DNA from: Octopus sinensis
Taxonomy: Eukaryota
NCBI RefSeq assembly: GCF_006345805.1
Contig: NC_043000.1
Coordinates: 108,624,001 to 108,688,000 of the forward strand
Length of the DNA: 64,000 nucleotides
Direction of reading: 5' to 3'
The notes beneath the pieces are model-generated. The model made no database searches. It was not told the origin of the DNA and saw only the letters and a program-made list of their open reading frames with translations. The position numbers and the translations under genes were made by a program. Numbering within the stretch: the first letter of the stretch is position 1; every line of letters begins with the position of its first letter. This document shows positions 35,775-48,331 of this stretch, piece by piece.

Positions 35775-36269
35775 AAATTAAAGTTTACTGAAATTTTTAA
35801 AATTTGGCACAGTAATACACTTGCCCAAACTGAAATAGTGTAATTGGTGTAAAACTACTTGTTCTAAACGATTATCAAGAACACACACTCACACATGAAT
35901 CATAAACTCCGTATTTTTGTACGTATTTCGCAAAAAAAAAAGAAAGAGAAGAAATTCTGAAGAAAGTGAAGATATTTTAAAGTTAAAGAAAACATTCCTT
36001 ATCAGATAACTTAATTTCACTTGTTAGTACCATGTTTTTCTACAAGATCTTTTCAAGAAATACAATTAAACACACTTAGGTGAAGCGAAACATTCTTTGA
36101 TTGGTTTATTTATAATCCTTCCGAGTGAATATGCATATATCGAAGTTAATCTTTTTCTTGCTGTCAACCTGTTGGTAGTTGAAATGAAAATATTCTGAAC
36201 TTAGAGCTAAACATTTGCAAATTGTTAGGCTTTTTGGAAAATTATGATTAAATATTACTTTGTTATTCT

Positions 36270-36495
36270 AGACTTAGGGAGGAACGACCAAATTTATCTC
36301 ACTACCTGTTTTTTCGGTCGAACTAAAGTGTTTGACCCAGTCATAAAAAAAAAAACAGTTAAATATGTGTAAAACAACTTGCTCAAAACGAATATGACAA
36401 GAAAAATGCGCGCTCGCGAAAGGGGGGGAGAGGACTCGGAAAATTCACATCGTGAATGTTCCGGGTTTGACCCGGGCACAAAAACAAAAAAAAAA
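36270..36495. mobile_element. Short element with GGGTCAAAC sub-terminal repeats and stem-loops; inverted partner at 37760-38340
   Basis: The reverse complement aligns with 37760-37915 and 38305-38335. Superfamily uncertain (Helentron/DINE-1-like candidate). Confidence 0.55.
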
Positions 36496-36597
36496 TTTTT
36501 TTAATTCTTTATGCAGACAGTTTGTGTTATTAAATTCTCTTTAACATACATTTAAATTATTATGTTATAGAAATAATTATAACCTGTGCGTTGCACA

Positions 36598-36720
36598 TTT
36601 CTTGAGTACAAACAGCAAGTCCATTTCTTGGGTATAAACAAGTCCATTTCTTAGTTATAAACAACAAGTCAATTTCTTGGGTATAAACAAGCAGTCGATG
36701 TTTTAGGTATAAACAACAAA
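36598..36720. repeat. Degenerate tandem repeat of about 25 bp, about 5 units (tttcttgggtataaacaag...)
   Basis: Seen directly. Confidence 0.7.
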
Positions 36721-37759
36721 ATTACAACTTATCTTCAGACCTGGCTGAGGTTTGCACCATCTCAATCAGGCATTTCTTATCCTTGTCTCTCTTCTCTAAA
36801 AATTATGCTCTATCCGAAGCCCTGAATGGTATCACTCTGGAGCTTCTTCTCTACCCATGTCTTTACAGCACATGTTCCCTTGCAATGACTCAAGAGGAGC
36901 ATTAGAACACATTGAATGGTATAATCTTTGGTACACCATTCTCTTCTACTTGTTTCAGTCATTGGACTGCAGCCATGCTAGGGCTTTGCCTTAAAGGATT
37001 TTACTCAAACAAATCAGCCCCAATGCATATTTTTTTAAAACTCTGGTACTTATTCTGTTGGACTTTTTTGCTGAACTGCTTAGTTACAGGGATGTAAACA
37101 AACCAAAGCCAGTTGTCAAGTAGTGAGGGTGGGGTAAAAAGACACACACACACACATACAACAGACTTCCACAGTTTCTATCTACCAAATCCTCTCACTG
37201 GGCACTGGGGTCAGGTAGAGTAGAAGGCATGTGGAACTGAACTTGAAACTATCTTAACCACACAGCCATGTCTGACAAAAAAAAAGAGAACCATTGAGAT
37301 GGTCATGGCTAGGCTACCTTTGGTTCATAAGTTTACTTGATTTGAGCAAACTTTTTGGCTAAACCACAACATGGAAAGATCAATGTAGTCCATAGCCAAA
37401 CAACCTCTCTTCTTTTTGTTAGGGAGATTTTAAACACAAGGGTTACTGTTTGGAGGAGGTCTTATTTTTTTACTGTTATGAATATCGCATTTTTCTCTTT
37501 TTCTGCTGACTTGTATTATATAGTCTTTGACTCAATTCAGCAGTGCCAAACCAAAAGTATAGAAACTATTATTTCACTTCAATGGTGTTGGTTAATGTAT
37601 TGATATTAATAACTTCACCACACACACGCACATCCAACTCCATAATAATAATAATAACAACAACAGATACTAAAGATGGTGCTATGGCCTTTTCTTTAAT
37701 AATATCTTTCTTGCTTATTTAAATTCAGTTCAATGCAGTTTAAAGGCCATGGATATGAA

Positions 37760-38340
37760 TTTTTTTTTGTTTTTGTGCCCGGGTCAGACCCTCAGACGCT
37801 TTCGGAAATTCACGATGTGAATTTTCCGAGCCCCCCCCCCTTTCGCGAGCGCGCAATTTTTTTGTTATATTCGTCTAGAGCAAGTTGTTTTACACCTATT
37901 ACACTATTTTTTTTTTTGATCTTTTCGGTTTGAACGGCAGTTTTTTCTAGCGGTATCATGAAATTGTCACCCATAATTATGACCCTAGAATCGATCTATT
38001 GCATTTCAATCTGTTTTTGAGTTAGGGTGGGAAGGGTATCTTTTTTTTTTTTCACAAATGTAGATAAACCCAAATCTGTTTCTTAAACGAGGGACATATT
38101 CATACGGCACAGAATGTTTTTTTTACCTCAATGGACGTCATTGATTGGTTGAAATTGAAGAAAAAAAACAACAAATATCTTACAAACTATAGAATTTTCT
38201 CAATAAAGCCAAGCGAAAAAGACATTTTATAAACACATTCTACCAGTATACGAAGTTTTAAATTTTTTAGTTACCTAGAAATTATGTTAAAAACTGCCGT
38301 TCAAACTGGGTCAAACGCTTTAGTTTGACCGGGTAGGTCA
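37760..38340. mobile_element. Longer copy of the 36270 element containing an internal segment bounded by gtttgaacggcagttttt inverted repeats (about 37928-38306)
   Basis: Direct alignment by eye. Confidence 0.55.
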
Positions 38341-38679
38341 AATCGACGTTCGAACTCTGAAGAAAGAAATGATGTAGACCAAATTGAAGGCATTTGCTTA
38401 AAAGAAATACATCAGCCGCTGTACAAGGACTCCGTCCACAACTACTCCCACCGGCTGCCCAACTAAAATATTGGCGTGTTATATTCGCCCGCTTCACTTC
38501 CCTTTTAAACTTCTGGAATATCATCCACTGATTCAACGTTCCCTGATCATTTCATGATACTCTCATTCCACTTCAAAGTCGTCCATTGATCTAAGTGAGC
38601 AGCTGTTCTCTTTGTGACTTTTGCAGGTTTATGGTGCTTACGTCAACCTCTCTGTCTTTCGTTGTCTGAAAAACTGTTG

Positions 38680-39030
38680 ACCCTACAGATGTCCAGAATG
38701 TGAAGCGGCATTTCCGTCACCGAACATTTTTTCGGGACTTCACTTCTGACACCCTTCCTCTGAGTTCGTGCACTGCCTATTGGATGGCTTCATTCCTCTC
38801 GGCCAAGGCCTTGGTTGTGCGTTGGTGTCTTTCAACAATCATATTTCCACTCGGCTTATATGCAGGCCTGAAGAAGCATCTGACCTTACACCTGTCGTGC
38901 ATTTCCATCAACAGCCCTAAACGAAAAGTTATACCGTTGTCTATCGACCTCCATTCAAAGAATATCAGCATTCCTGCAGTTTCAGCCGCATTCCTCATTC
39001 TGATTTCTCTCCACATCGCCATCCGCACTG
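38680..39030 (-). mobile_element. Gypsy-type LTR retrotransposon integrase relic
   Basis: IDNGITF...CFFRPAYKPSGNMIVERHQRTTKALAER matches the rve core (D...E). Followed by a frameshifted GRV-x-EV...DG-x-P-x-HILDI-like tail. Confidence 0.7.
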
Positions 39031-40844
39031 AATCATAGTAAATTATTGAGAAATAGGATCTTCTCTGCTAGTGCATCACATCGACTGCCGCACAACACAC
39101 ACACATTTATGTGAGTGTGTGTGCGTGGATTTTCTTGCTATGAGAGGCATTGGTCTCAAGGAACGTGGCAGGAAATTCGGTGATAATGGAGTGAATCAAC
39201 GTTTCAGCTTAGTTGTTGTCCTGGCGCCTTTTTTAATTTGACTGGGAGTTTTGTATTAGTAAAATTAAGTAAATAAAATCGTCGGCAGTACCACTGAATT
39301 AGCTGTCAGTCACTTCTGGCAGCTAATGACTGTGCCAAATCGTGTAGTCACAAAATATGAAACTCGCATGAAAAAAAGTAATCGAATATGTCTTTGAAGG
39401 GAACTAATTCTAATTTTTACTTCAGCTTCACGTAGTCAGAATTATCTCTCTTTATCCAGTGTGTGTGTAGAGAGCTTTACGTAGATTTTCATCACCCAGA
39501 CTGCTTTTTGTATAGTTAAGTAACTTCCATACTGAGAAGTATAACTAGTTATGAGTTACCAAACAAATGTGGAAAAATAAGAATAAATACAAATTAATAT
39601 TAAAGTTACTACGCGCGTTTCGCCATTATGGTTGTTTGAAACCCTGCAGCTGGAGTTCCCCATGCATACAGATGCTCGACCACAACGGATCCTTACGGAA
39701 CACATTATTGTGTTTATTGGGACATATCTGTAATTTGATACTATAATGTGTTCCTTGAGGATCCATTGTGGTTGAGTATCTAAATACATTTGGAACTTCT
39801 ATCGCAACTATAATGGCTGAAATGCGCAGGGGAACTTTTAATATAAAGTAGTGTTTATTCCCATTTTTTTATGTAAGTATAAACCCAGATTTCATATCCA
39901 AAGATTTCAGCACTGCGTTATCAAGGGCCTTCTGATTGTCAATGCGAGACGTGGACAACTATGAAGAGGGAAGAATATATAAATATGTTAAGAATATTTT
40001 AAGAGTCTACAAAAACGTAGCCCTACTTACTTATTAAAAATGATATTAGAATGTATAAAGTGTAATGATATATGCAGGAAGTACCGTATATATTGTGCAC
40101 ATATGAATTCTTTTATTAATACTAAAACCGAATTCTCTACATCTTTAGCTACGCATATCCACAACCATAAAGTGCAAAATATACAGTGTAAATTATCTTG
40201 GTCAATAGAAGCACCCCCCCCCATCCTTATAATTCACACACGCGTAAATGTAGTCTTTGTATTTGGGAATCCCTAACTATTCTGCGTAGGCATAAACTCC
40301 TCAATGTTAAATAAGTTTTCAGTTGTCATCTTCTCTTGTAGACAGGTGTTATTAGACCCTTAAGCATCCAGTTAACTCTACATAACTACAGAATGAAACC
40401 ATAATTCCATTACATCTGAAATATAAAATTTGGTTTAGTCCTTCTTCAACCCACCACCTCTGGTATTATTAATAGCTTCTTCTCAATAGTAGTTTGATAT
40501 AAAAAAAGAAAACATCCACCAGAATGTAGCTCTTTAGAAAGGTTGTCAGCAATGGAGTCCACCAGATCTCATAACAAATGTAATCTTAACGGTTGAGTCT
40601 TCCTTGATGAAGGAGGCAGTGTTATTGAAGAAAATCTAAGTTCCTATTTGCACCACTGTGCCCTCAGAAAAGGCCGTCGGATATCAACTTCTGGATTGTA
40701 AACTTTAATATGGATTTACTGTATTTTCTACACTCAGATTTTAAGCGAATTATAAATCTTAAGTATTTACAATATTTTAATATCGTTTTTAATAAGTAAG
40801 TAGGACTATATTTTTGTACATTCTTAATATGTTCGTTATTATCA

Positions 40845-41140
40845 TCATTTAATATCCATTGTCCTTGCTGGCACACTGGAAGGTTGCACTAGGATCCATT
40901 CTGATTTGGTGTAATTGCCCTTCCTAACGCCAACCACTCCAAGAGTGTAATGGGTGCTTTTACATGCCACCAGCATGGGTGCTATTTGTGTGACACCAGT
41001 ATCTGCCATGACTGCAGTTTTGCTCGGCTTGATGGGTCTTCTTCTCAACCACGACATAATCCCAAAGGTCTTGATCATTGCCTCTGTGAGGCCCAACACT
41101 TTGCTTCCATGAGGCCCAATGCTCGAAAGGAACTCAGCCA
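40845..41140 (-). mobile_element. Solo RTE 3' UTR fragment
   Basis: Matches 9900-10050 (gcccttcctaacgccaaccactcc...gggtgctttt). Similar solo tails at about 2140-2265, 12700-12920, 41990-42170 and 60900-61000. Confidence 0.7.
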
Positions 41141-41789
41141 CTTCACCTCCTATAAATTGTGTACCAGTTGTGTACTGGTGTTGATCTAATCAACTGGCCC
41201 CCTCCCCACAGAAATTTCAGGCCTAGAAAAGTATATTGTGGCAGTTACAGAATATAGGAAATAATGTAACACCAATGACTATATAATCCAACCAGAATAT
41301 CTCAGTTACACAAACGTAAACAGAATTACTATTTAACCTTAGAATACATTGTACATATTCAAAGAAAATTCTTGTTTTAGTAGTACGGAACGCTTTTCTG
41401 GTATTCTTTTACTTGTTTCAGTCATTTGACGGTGGGCCATGCTAGAGCATCACCCTTTAGTCGAAGAAACTGACCTCTGGACTTATTCCCTGTAAGCCTG
41501 GTGCTTATTCTATCGGTCTCTCCTGCTGAACAGCTAAATTACAGAGACGCAAACCTACCAACATCAGTGTGAAGCAATGGTGGTGGTCGGACATACACAT
41601 ACAATACGTACGGTATGTATGTATGTATTCGCATTTAAGGCATTAAATGAAGTTCTTTTACTCCAAACACAGATGTCCTTACTTCTGCAGGCAACACTTC
41701 AATTAAAGATATGATTTTGAGGAACCATATTGTTCAAATGGCAGATAAACGCATGCCGAAACAACTGTTTTATGGTGTGCTTGCAGAGG

Positions 41790-41965
41790 GGCTACACAGA
41801 GGGGACAAACAAGGACAGACAAATGGATTAAGTCGATTTAATCGACCCGAAAGGATGAAAGGCAAAGTCGAACTCAGCGGAATTTGAACTCAGAACGTAG
41901 TGGCAGACGAAATACCTCTAAGCATTTCGCCCATCGTGCTAACGTTTCTGCCAGCTCGCCGCCTT
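41790..41965 (-). mobile_element. SINE family B, CpG-intact copy
   Basis: aaggcggcgagctggcagaaacgttagcac...gttctgagttcaaattcc...gactttgcctttcatcctttcggggtcga. Other copies at about 960-1170, 16380-16500, 21085-21300, 21950-22155, 22515-22665, 59160-59490, 61325-61460 and 62920-63130 (-), and 13360-13750, 14115-14310, 29545-29720, 58205-58590 and 63920-64000 (+). Confidence 0.88.
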
Positions 41966-42210
41966 TCTGGCAATGTTTCTACAGCTACCACCAAGCCCTT
42001 TGAGAGTGTAGTGGGTGCTTTTACGTGCCACTATCAGGCGGCACTGGAATCAGATGGTGCTTCTCAAGTGCCACCTGCACAGGAGCCAGTCCGGTGGTAC
42101 TGACAATAACTATGCTTCAATGGCGTTTTTTACGTGCTACCAGCACAGGAGCCACTCTGGCAACACTGGCATTATATATATGTGTATGTATATATATATA
42201 TACATATATG

Positions 42211-42263
<53 letters not shown>

Positions 42264-42274
42264 GTATATATGTA

Positions 42275-42503
42275 TTGGGTTGGTGCATAATTGCTGCGGC
42301 TTTTTCCCAATAAATTTTATTCAACCATAACAATATTTAACAAAAACATCTTTAAATGACGCCAAGCAAATGGGAAGCAGTAATACAAGTAGATGGGGAA
42401 TATGTTCCGGAAGAATCATTTAAAGACGTTTTTGTTACATGGTGTTATTGTTTTTGTTGAATAAAATTTGTTTAAAATGACACAATAATTATGCACAACC
42501 TAG
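42275..42503. mobile_element. Mariner-type MITE
   Basis: TA-flanked termini TTGGGTTGGTGCATAATT / AATTATGCACAACCTAG, with long internal inverted repeats. Confidence 0.75.
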
Positions 42504-42515
42504 TATATGTATGTA

Positions 42516-44591
42516 GGTTCCTCACAGGCAAAGAACACAGGTACAAGATTTTCTGGGCAGGGAACACTGACGGAGTTGGAGGCGTGGGTATACTTCTCGC
42601 TGAAAAATGGGTAGATAAGGTAATTGAGGTAATCAGAGTAAGTGACAGAATACTTTAAGATTAGAATAGTGCTTCATCATGGATTAGCAACCATTATATC
42701 GGCCTATGCCCCTCAGCCAGGGCTACCCGATGGACAGAAAGACCGATTCTATGACGCCTTATTGCAGACTACCTCGTTGACGAACGACAGAGACCTTCTC
42801 TTTGTGGCTGGTGATTTCAATGGGCATGTTGGAAAACATGCTGGGGGCTTCCATGGTGTACATAGAGGCTATGGTTATGGTTCCCGCAACGAGGAGGGAA
42901 CCAGGCTGCTGGAGTTCTGCGATGCAAATGATCTCATGGTTTGCAACACTAACTTCAGGAAACCTACCAGCCAAATTGACAACATCCTTGCCAGGAAAAG
43001 GGAAAGATGGCTGCTTATAAATGCCAAAACCTTCCCAGGCGAAGAATGTACCCCACAACATAGACTGGTAGTTAGTGACTTTAGGATCAGGACTAAGAGG
43101 ACGACCAGAAGACGACCAACATGGAGAAGAAAGATCTGGAGGCTCAAAGATCCTGCAAATGGACAGAGATTTATGGATATATTACTTGAAGCCTTTGACG
43201 AAGTAGAAGGGGATATAGCTTCACATGGGGTAGAAGACAACTGGAGGATTCTAAGGGACAACCTGCTGAGAGCCACTGACCAGATCTGTGGCTGGTGCAA
43301 AGTCCCCTCTCGACCTAAAATAACGTGGTGGTGGAACAATGTTGTAGACAGGGCTATTAGAGAAAAGAGACAGGCTTGGAAGGACTGGAAGAATAGGGGT
43401 AGCAGTGAATTGTATCAGACTGCCAAAAGAGAAGCTAAGAGACAGGTTTATTTAACCTGAAGGGAAGCAGATAAGAAAAAATTTGCCAATGTTCTGTGCT
43501 GTCAGGACCAAAGACTTGAGGTGTTTCGCGTTGCAAGACAGTGTGTGAGAGAGAATTGTGATGTGGTAGGAGAGAAATGTGTTCGCATGGATGATGGTTC
43601 ACTTGCGCTAAATGAGGATGCAAAGAGAGAGGTTTGGAGACGCCACTATGAAAGGTTGCTGAATAAAGAAAATGAATGGGATAAAGAGAGTCTGCCAAAT
43701 GTCGACCCAACAGAGAGACCAGCTATCCGAGTTGACAGTTCCTTGGTAGTTAAGGCAATTAGAAGCATGAAGACAGAGAAAGCCCAAGGCCCATCAGGAA
43801 TCACTGCAGAGATGCTCAAAATATCTGGTAGTGTCGGCTATAGCCTAGTCACCCGTATAGTTAACCAGGTGATACACGAAGGAGTCATACCCAATGACTG
43901 GTGTAGCAGCATAATAGTCAACTGTTACAAAGGTAAAGGTGACGACCTAGATACAATTACAGAGGTATCAAGCTGTTGGATCAGGTAATGAAGGTTACGG
44001 AGAGGGTCATAGCCCAACTAATTAGAGAGAGAGTTAGTTTAGATGAGATGCAGTTTGGATTTGTGCCAGGGAAAAGCACCACTGATGCCATATTCCTGGT
44101 AAGACAGCTGCAGGAGAAATATCTAGCCAAAGATAAGCCCCTGTACCTGGCTTTCGTTGACATGGAGAAAGCCTTCGACAGGGTCCCCCGATCCCTTATC
44201 TGGTGGTCAATGAGGAAACTAGGGATAGATGAATGGTTAGTGAGAGCTGTGCAAGCCATGTACAGGGACGCTGCTAGTAAGGTGAGGGTTGGCAACGAGT
44301 AGAGTGAAGAATTCCGGGTAGAGGTAGGGGTCCACCAAGGTTCAGTCCCCTCCTATTTATCATAGTCCTCCAGGCAATAACGGAGGAATTCAAGACAGGA
44401 TGCCCCTGGGAGCTCCTCTACGCTGATGACCTTGCTCTAATTGCTGAGTCGCTATCAGAACTGGAGGAGAAGTTTCAGGTGTGGAAGCAAGGATTAGAAT
44501 CGAAGGGCCTTTGAGTCAACCTAGCTAAAACCAAAGTCCTAATAAGTAGGAAGGTTGACAAGTCACAAACGCCTTCAGGTAGATGGCCTTG
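42516..44591 (+). mobile_element. RTE LINE internal fragment (EN + RT through YADD)
   Basis: ISAYAPQ, VAGDFNGHVG, QIDNIL, PQHRLVVSDF, EMQFGFVPG, FVDMEKAFDRV, VGVHQGSV and LYADDL. A few stops. 3' end truncated by a SINE A tail. Confidence 0.93.
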
Positions 44592-45819
44592 TTATTCTTT
44601 TACTTGTTTCAGTCATTTAACAGCAGCACTGCCTTATGTTGAAATCGACCCCAGGACTTATTCTTTGTAAGCATAGTACTTTTTCAGTTGATCTCTTTTG
44701 CCAAACTGCCAAGTTATGGGGACGTAAACACACCAACATTGTCTTGCAAGCAATGGGGGGGGGGACAAACAGGCACACACACACGATGGTCTTCTTTCAG
44801 TTTCCAACCACCAAATCCACTCACGGCTTTGGTAGAGGACACCCAATTATGTGTTGGGAAGCAAGCTTCTTACCACACAGCCATGCTGTAAATATACAGC
44901 AATAAAATGTGGAAATTGGACTGTTAGAATATGATTGACTAATATATTTATCTATATACACTTTTACAAACCCCCGACTGTATGTGTGCTTTTGTCTAGA
45001 CAAAATGAGCGCTATCATCATGCAAGCAAGGGTGTTCAATTACAATCTTCTGTAAAAAAAAAAAACATGTCCGGTCATGAGGAAATGTCTTGAACTGATT
45101 CAATGTCCATGAGTTTCGTGCATGGCATCTATGAAACTCTTGGACACCAAGTCACTTTCGTGACTTTCCTATTGATTTTTACAAATATTGTATGTGTGGG
45201 TAGTTAAGCTTGCTTGCCAGTCATCTGGTTGGTCTCTGTTCAAATTGCTCTGCATGGCACCTGGTGCAAGTGTCATCTACTGTAGTCTTTGGACTTAGGA
45301 AATAGAAACTATTAGTGTATATGTATGTATGTATAGACATGCATGAGTGTATTCTTGTCTTGATATTATATGATGTTTGTAGAAATGATCATCAGTGTCA
45401 TACAAACCATGCTGTTTCAATGAGAAACATTTGGCTAGGAACGGCATCCAGCCATAGAAAATCTGCCTGGTCAATGGAAGCATGGAGAAGTGGATGTTAA
45501 ATGATGACGACGACATATGCACACATTTTATTTATTCGTCTGTGTGGGTGGTTTCATATTTCCCTTGGTACATATGTATTTTACTTGCTGGTTTGTAAAC
45601 AGTGGCTTCACTAATGCAGTCATTTACTTGCAATCCAAAAGCACGTCCAAGCTTTTTGCGCACCATCACCAAATAAGACTCATTTCATTTGATTAGAATT
45701 CTTCATGTATGAACTGTTTCTTGTCTATTACTTTGCTTGGAAACAGGTGTGGGTTTCACCTGCATAACAAACAGTGCTAAAGCAGACATTGTATATGTAT
45801 GTATGTGTATATATGTATG

Positions 45820-45866
<47 letters not shown>

Positions 45867-46253
45867 GTATGTATGCATACATATATATCTATTTATACAT
45901 CTACATATATATACATTCATATATCTACATGTATTGATATATATATCTATATATACATACATATATTTCTATGCTTACATATATATGTATACACACTGTA
46001 TATGTTGAATGGGACCTAACAATTGATGATGAATGGAGGTGGCTAAAAGGAAGATAAGTGATTGAATGACAAGACAAGTGGTTAAAATAACATTTAATTT
46101 AATTATTTATTGAGTTATATATATATATATATTTCTTTTTCAAATTGGAATTTGATGAGAGGTTATAGAAAGTTTCATAAATCATAATTCTTCAACAACA
46201 GAGTCTCAGCACTTTCTACATTTCTTTCTCTCTCCCTCGTATTTTTAGAAGAA

Positions 46254-46263
46254 TTTATTTATT
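46254..46263 (-). promoter_or_regulatory. Candidate CAP polyadenylation signals (two overlapping AATAAA)
   Basis: Plus-strand tttatttatt about 315 nt downstream of the CAP stop. Motif only, in AT-rich DNA. Confidence 0.35.
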
Positions 46264-46574
46264 ATAATGATTATCATTAATAATTGTATTATTCAAATAG
46301 TGTTTGAAATAAAGAACTGCTCTGATTCTGAAGAATACAAAATGGTACAATAGTAATATAAATGAAATAAAAAAAAGAAAATTTGGAAAAAAAAATTCTT
46401 ATTTTTAAGTACATTGTTGCATAATTAGGCCAAAGACAGTAGCATTGACAGGCAAAGAAGGATAAAAAAGTTTTAGAATGACACCCCTCCCCCATCATAA
46501 ATCCACAGGCTGGGGTGTAGGGAGATGTAGTGTTGAGAAGTAAATTGTTAGACCAAAGGCCCTTTTTGTTCCAT

Positions 46575-46652
46575 CTATGATTCACAAAATTGTGTTGACA
46601 TGCCTGTACCATTCCAAGTTGATTTGAATTGCTCTGGAATAAAAAACTCCGT
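46575..46652 (-). CDS. CAP: CAP terminal coding exon
   Basis: tttttcag acceptor. 78 nt encoding TEFFIPEQFKSTWNGTGMSTQFCES*, matching the CAP C-terminal E-x-P-x-PEQFK-x2-W motif (Phe in place of the first Pro). Not in the ORF track because it has no start codon. Confidence 0.93.
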   Translation of the reverse strand, partial: TEFFIPEQFKSTWNGTGMSTQFCES

Positions 46653-46740
46653 CTGAAAAATAAAAAAAAAATAAAGAAATCTTAAACTGACAGAAAATCT
46701 GTGTGGCAAGCAGGTTGTTAAGAATTTCAAAATCAAGCCC

Positions 46741-47820
46741 CAACCTAGCTAAAACCAAAGTCCTTATAAGTAGTAAGGTAGACAAATCACAAACGCCTTC
46801 AGGTAGATGGCCCTGCTTGATCTGTAGAAAAGGCGTAGGTAGAAACTCTATAAGATGCACCAAGTGTAAGCTATGGACACATAAGAGGTGCAGCAATGTC
46901 AAAGGAAGGGTAACTAGGAAGATAGTTTTTGTATGTGGCAGATGCTCTGGTGCAATAAACACTGAAAATGTGCAGAGACCATCTTCCGCCACATTCCAGG
47001 GAGAAAAACTAGAAATAGTTGATAGTTTCCATTACCTAGGTAATCAAGTCAGTAGCGGGGGCGGGTGTGCTGAAAGTGTAACTGCTAGAGTAAGAATAGC
47101 CTGGGCAAAGTTCAGAGAGCTCTTACCTCTGCTGGTGACAAAAGGCCTCTCACTCAGAGTAAAAGGCATGACGCGTGTGTACGAACAGCCATGCTACATG
47201 GCAGTGAAACATGGGCTGTGGCTGCTAAGGATATGCGTAAGCTTGCAAGAAATGAAACCAGTATGCTCCGATGGATGTGTAATGTCAGTGTTCATACCCG
47301 ACAGAGTGTAAGTGCCTTGAGAGAAAAGTTGGACCTAAGAAGCATCAGATGTGGTGTGCAAGAGTGACGTCTACGCTGGTATGGACACATGGTAAGAATG
47401 GATGAAGATAGTTGTGTGAAAAAGTGCCACACCCTAGCGGTTGAGGGAACCTGTGGAAGAGGTAGACCCAGGAAAACCTGGGACAAGGTGGTGAAGCATG
47501 ACCTTCGGTCTTTAGGTCTCACCGAGGAAATGACCAGAGACCGAGACCTTTGGAAGTATGCTGTGCGTGAGAAGACCCGGCAGGACAAGTGAGGCCATAA
47601 CCAGTGGCCCCTACCTGGGACATAGTCAGTCCACCTGTGCATACCTTCCTTCTTGGGACACATAACTCTACTTGTGAAGACCTGTTGAGGCAAGTGAAAA
47701 TCAAAAAATCAAATCAAAATCCAAATCGATCAACATCAATGGAATTTGTAGTTGTGGTACCAGTGCCGGTGGCACATAAGAGAACCGTCCGAACGTGGCC
47801 GTAGCCAGCACCGCATCGAC
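46741..47820 (+). mobile_element. RTE LINE 3' fragment inside the last CAP intron (antisense to CAP)
   Basis: NLAKTKVL, PCLIC...CTKCKLWTHKRCS, FHYLG and GRGRPRKTW, then a 3' UTR matching 10200-10370. Confidence 0.92.
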
Positions 47821-48187
47821 AGACAGGATAAGCTTCAGCCTAACAGACATACAGGACTGAGACAGACTTTAACTTCCGCTTGTTAAACATAGGCACTGGC
47901 ATGGCTGTGTGGTTAAGAAGCTTGCTTTGCAACCATCTGATTTCAGGTTCAGTCCCACTGTGTGACAGATCTATGTGTGTGTTTGCCCTTCCTCCACTAC
48001 TTGACGGCCAGTGTCTGTCTGCTCTACAACCCCATAACACAGCAGTTCGGTAAAAGAGACCAATAAAATAGGTGGTACCAAACTTGAAAAGAAGTACTGA
48101 TGTCAAAACCGTTCAAAGCATGGCTGCAGCAAGTAGAAGGTATGTTACATGAAACAAAGTTAAATGAAGAAGCGGTTGAGTACATAC

Positions 48188-48331
48188 GTAATCTCCATCG
48201 GCTGTTGGGACAAGAACATTGACCTCTGAAGATTTAGCAGTGATGATCTCTGTGTCCAAAGATTTAGGGCTAAGGTAGACCATGCATCCATCTGTTTTCT
48301 CAATACTCACTGTTGGAACTTTGCCAGTCAC
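48188..48331 (-). CDS. CAP: CAP exon, CARP beta-helix
   Basis: ccaacag acceptor and gtatgt donor. 144 nt. [48 protein letters not shown] (signatures KTDGC-x2-YLS and TAKSSE). Confidence 0.97.

Noticed and set aside
40400-40760. Stop-interrupted reading frame on the minus strand, possibly a transposase relic
   Set aside because: No motif I can recognise. TBLASTX or HMM search needed.
164-46019. Many 60-130 aa ORFs rich in YI/HT/CV repeats, polyM or polyV
   Set aside because: These are translations of (TA)n, (CA)n, (CAT)n and (ACT)n microsatellites or antisense frames of TEs, with no splice or homology support.
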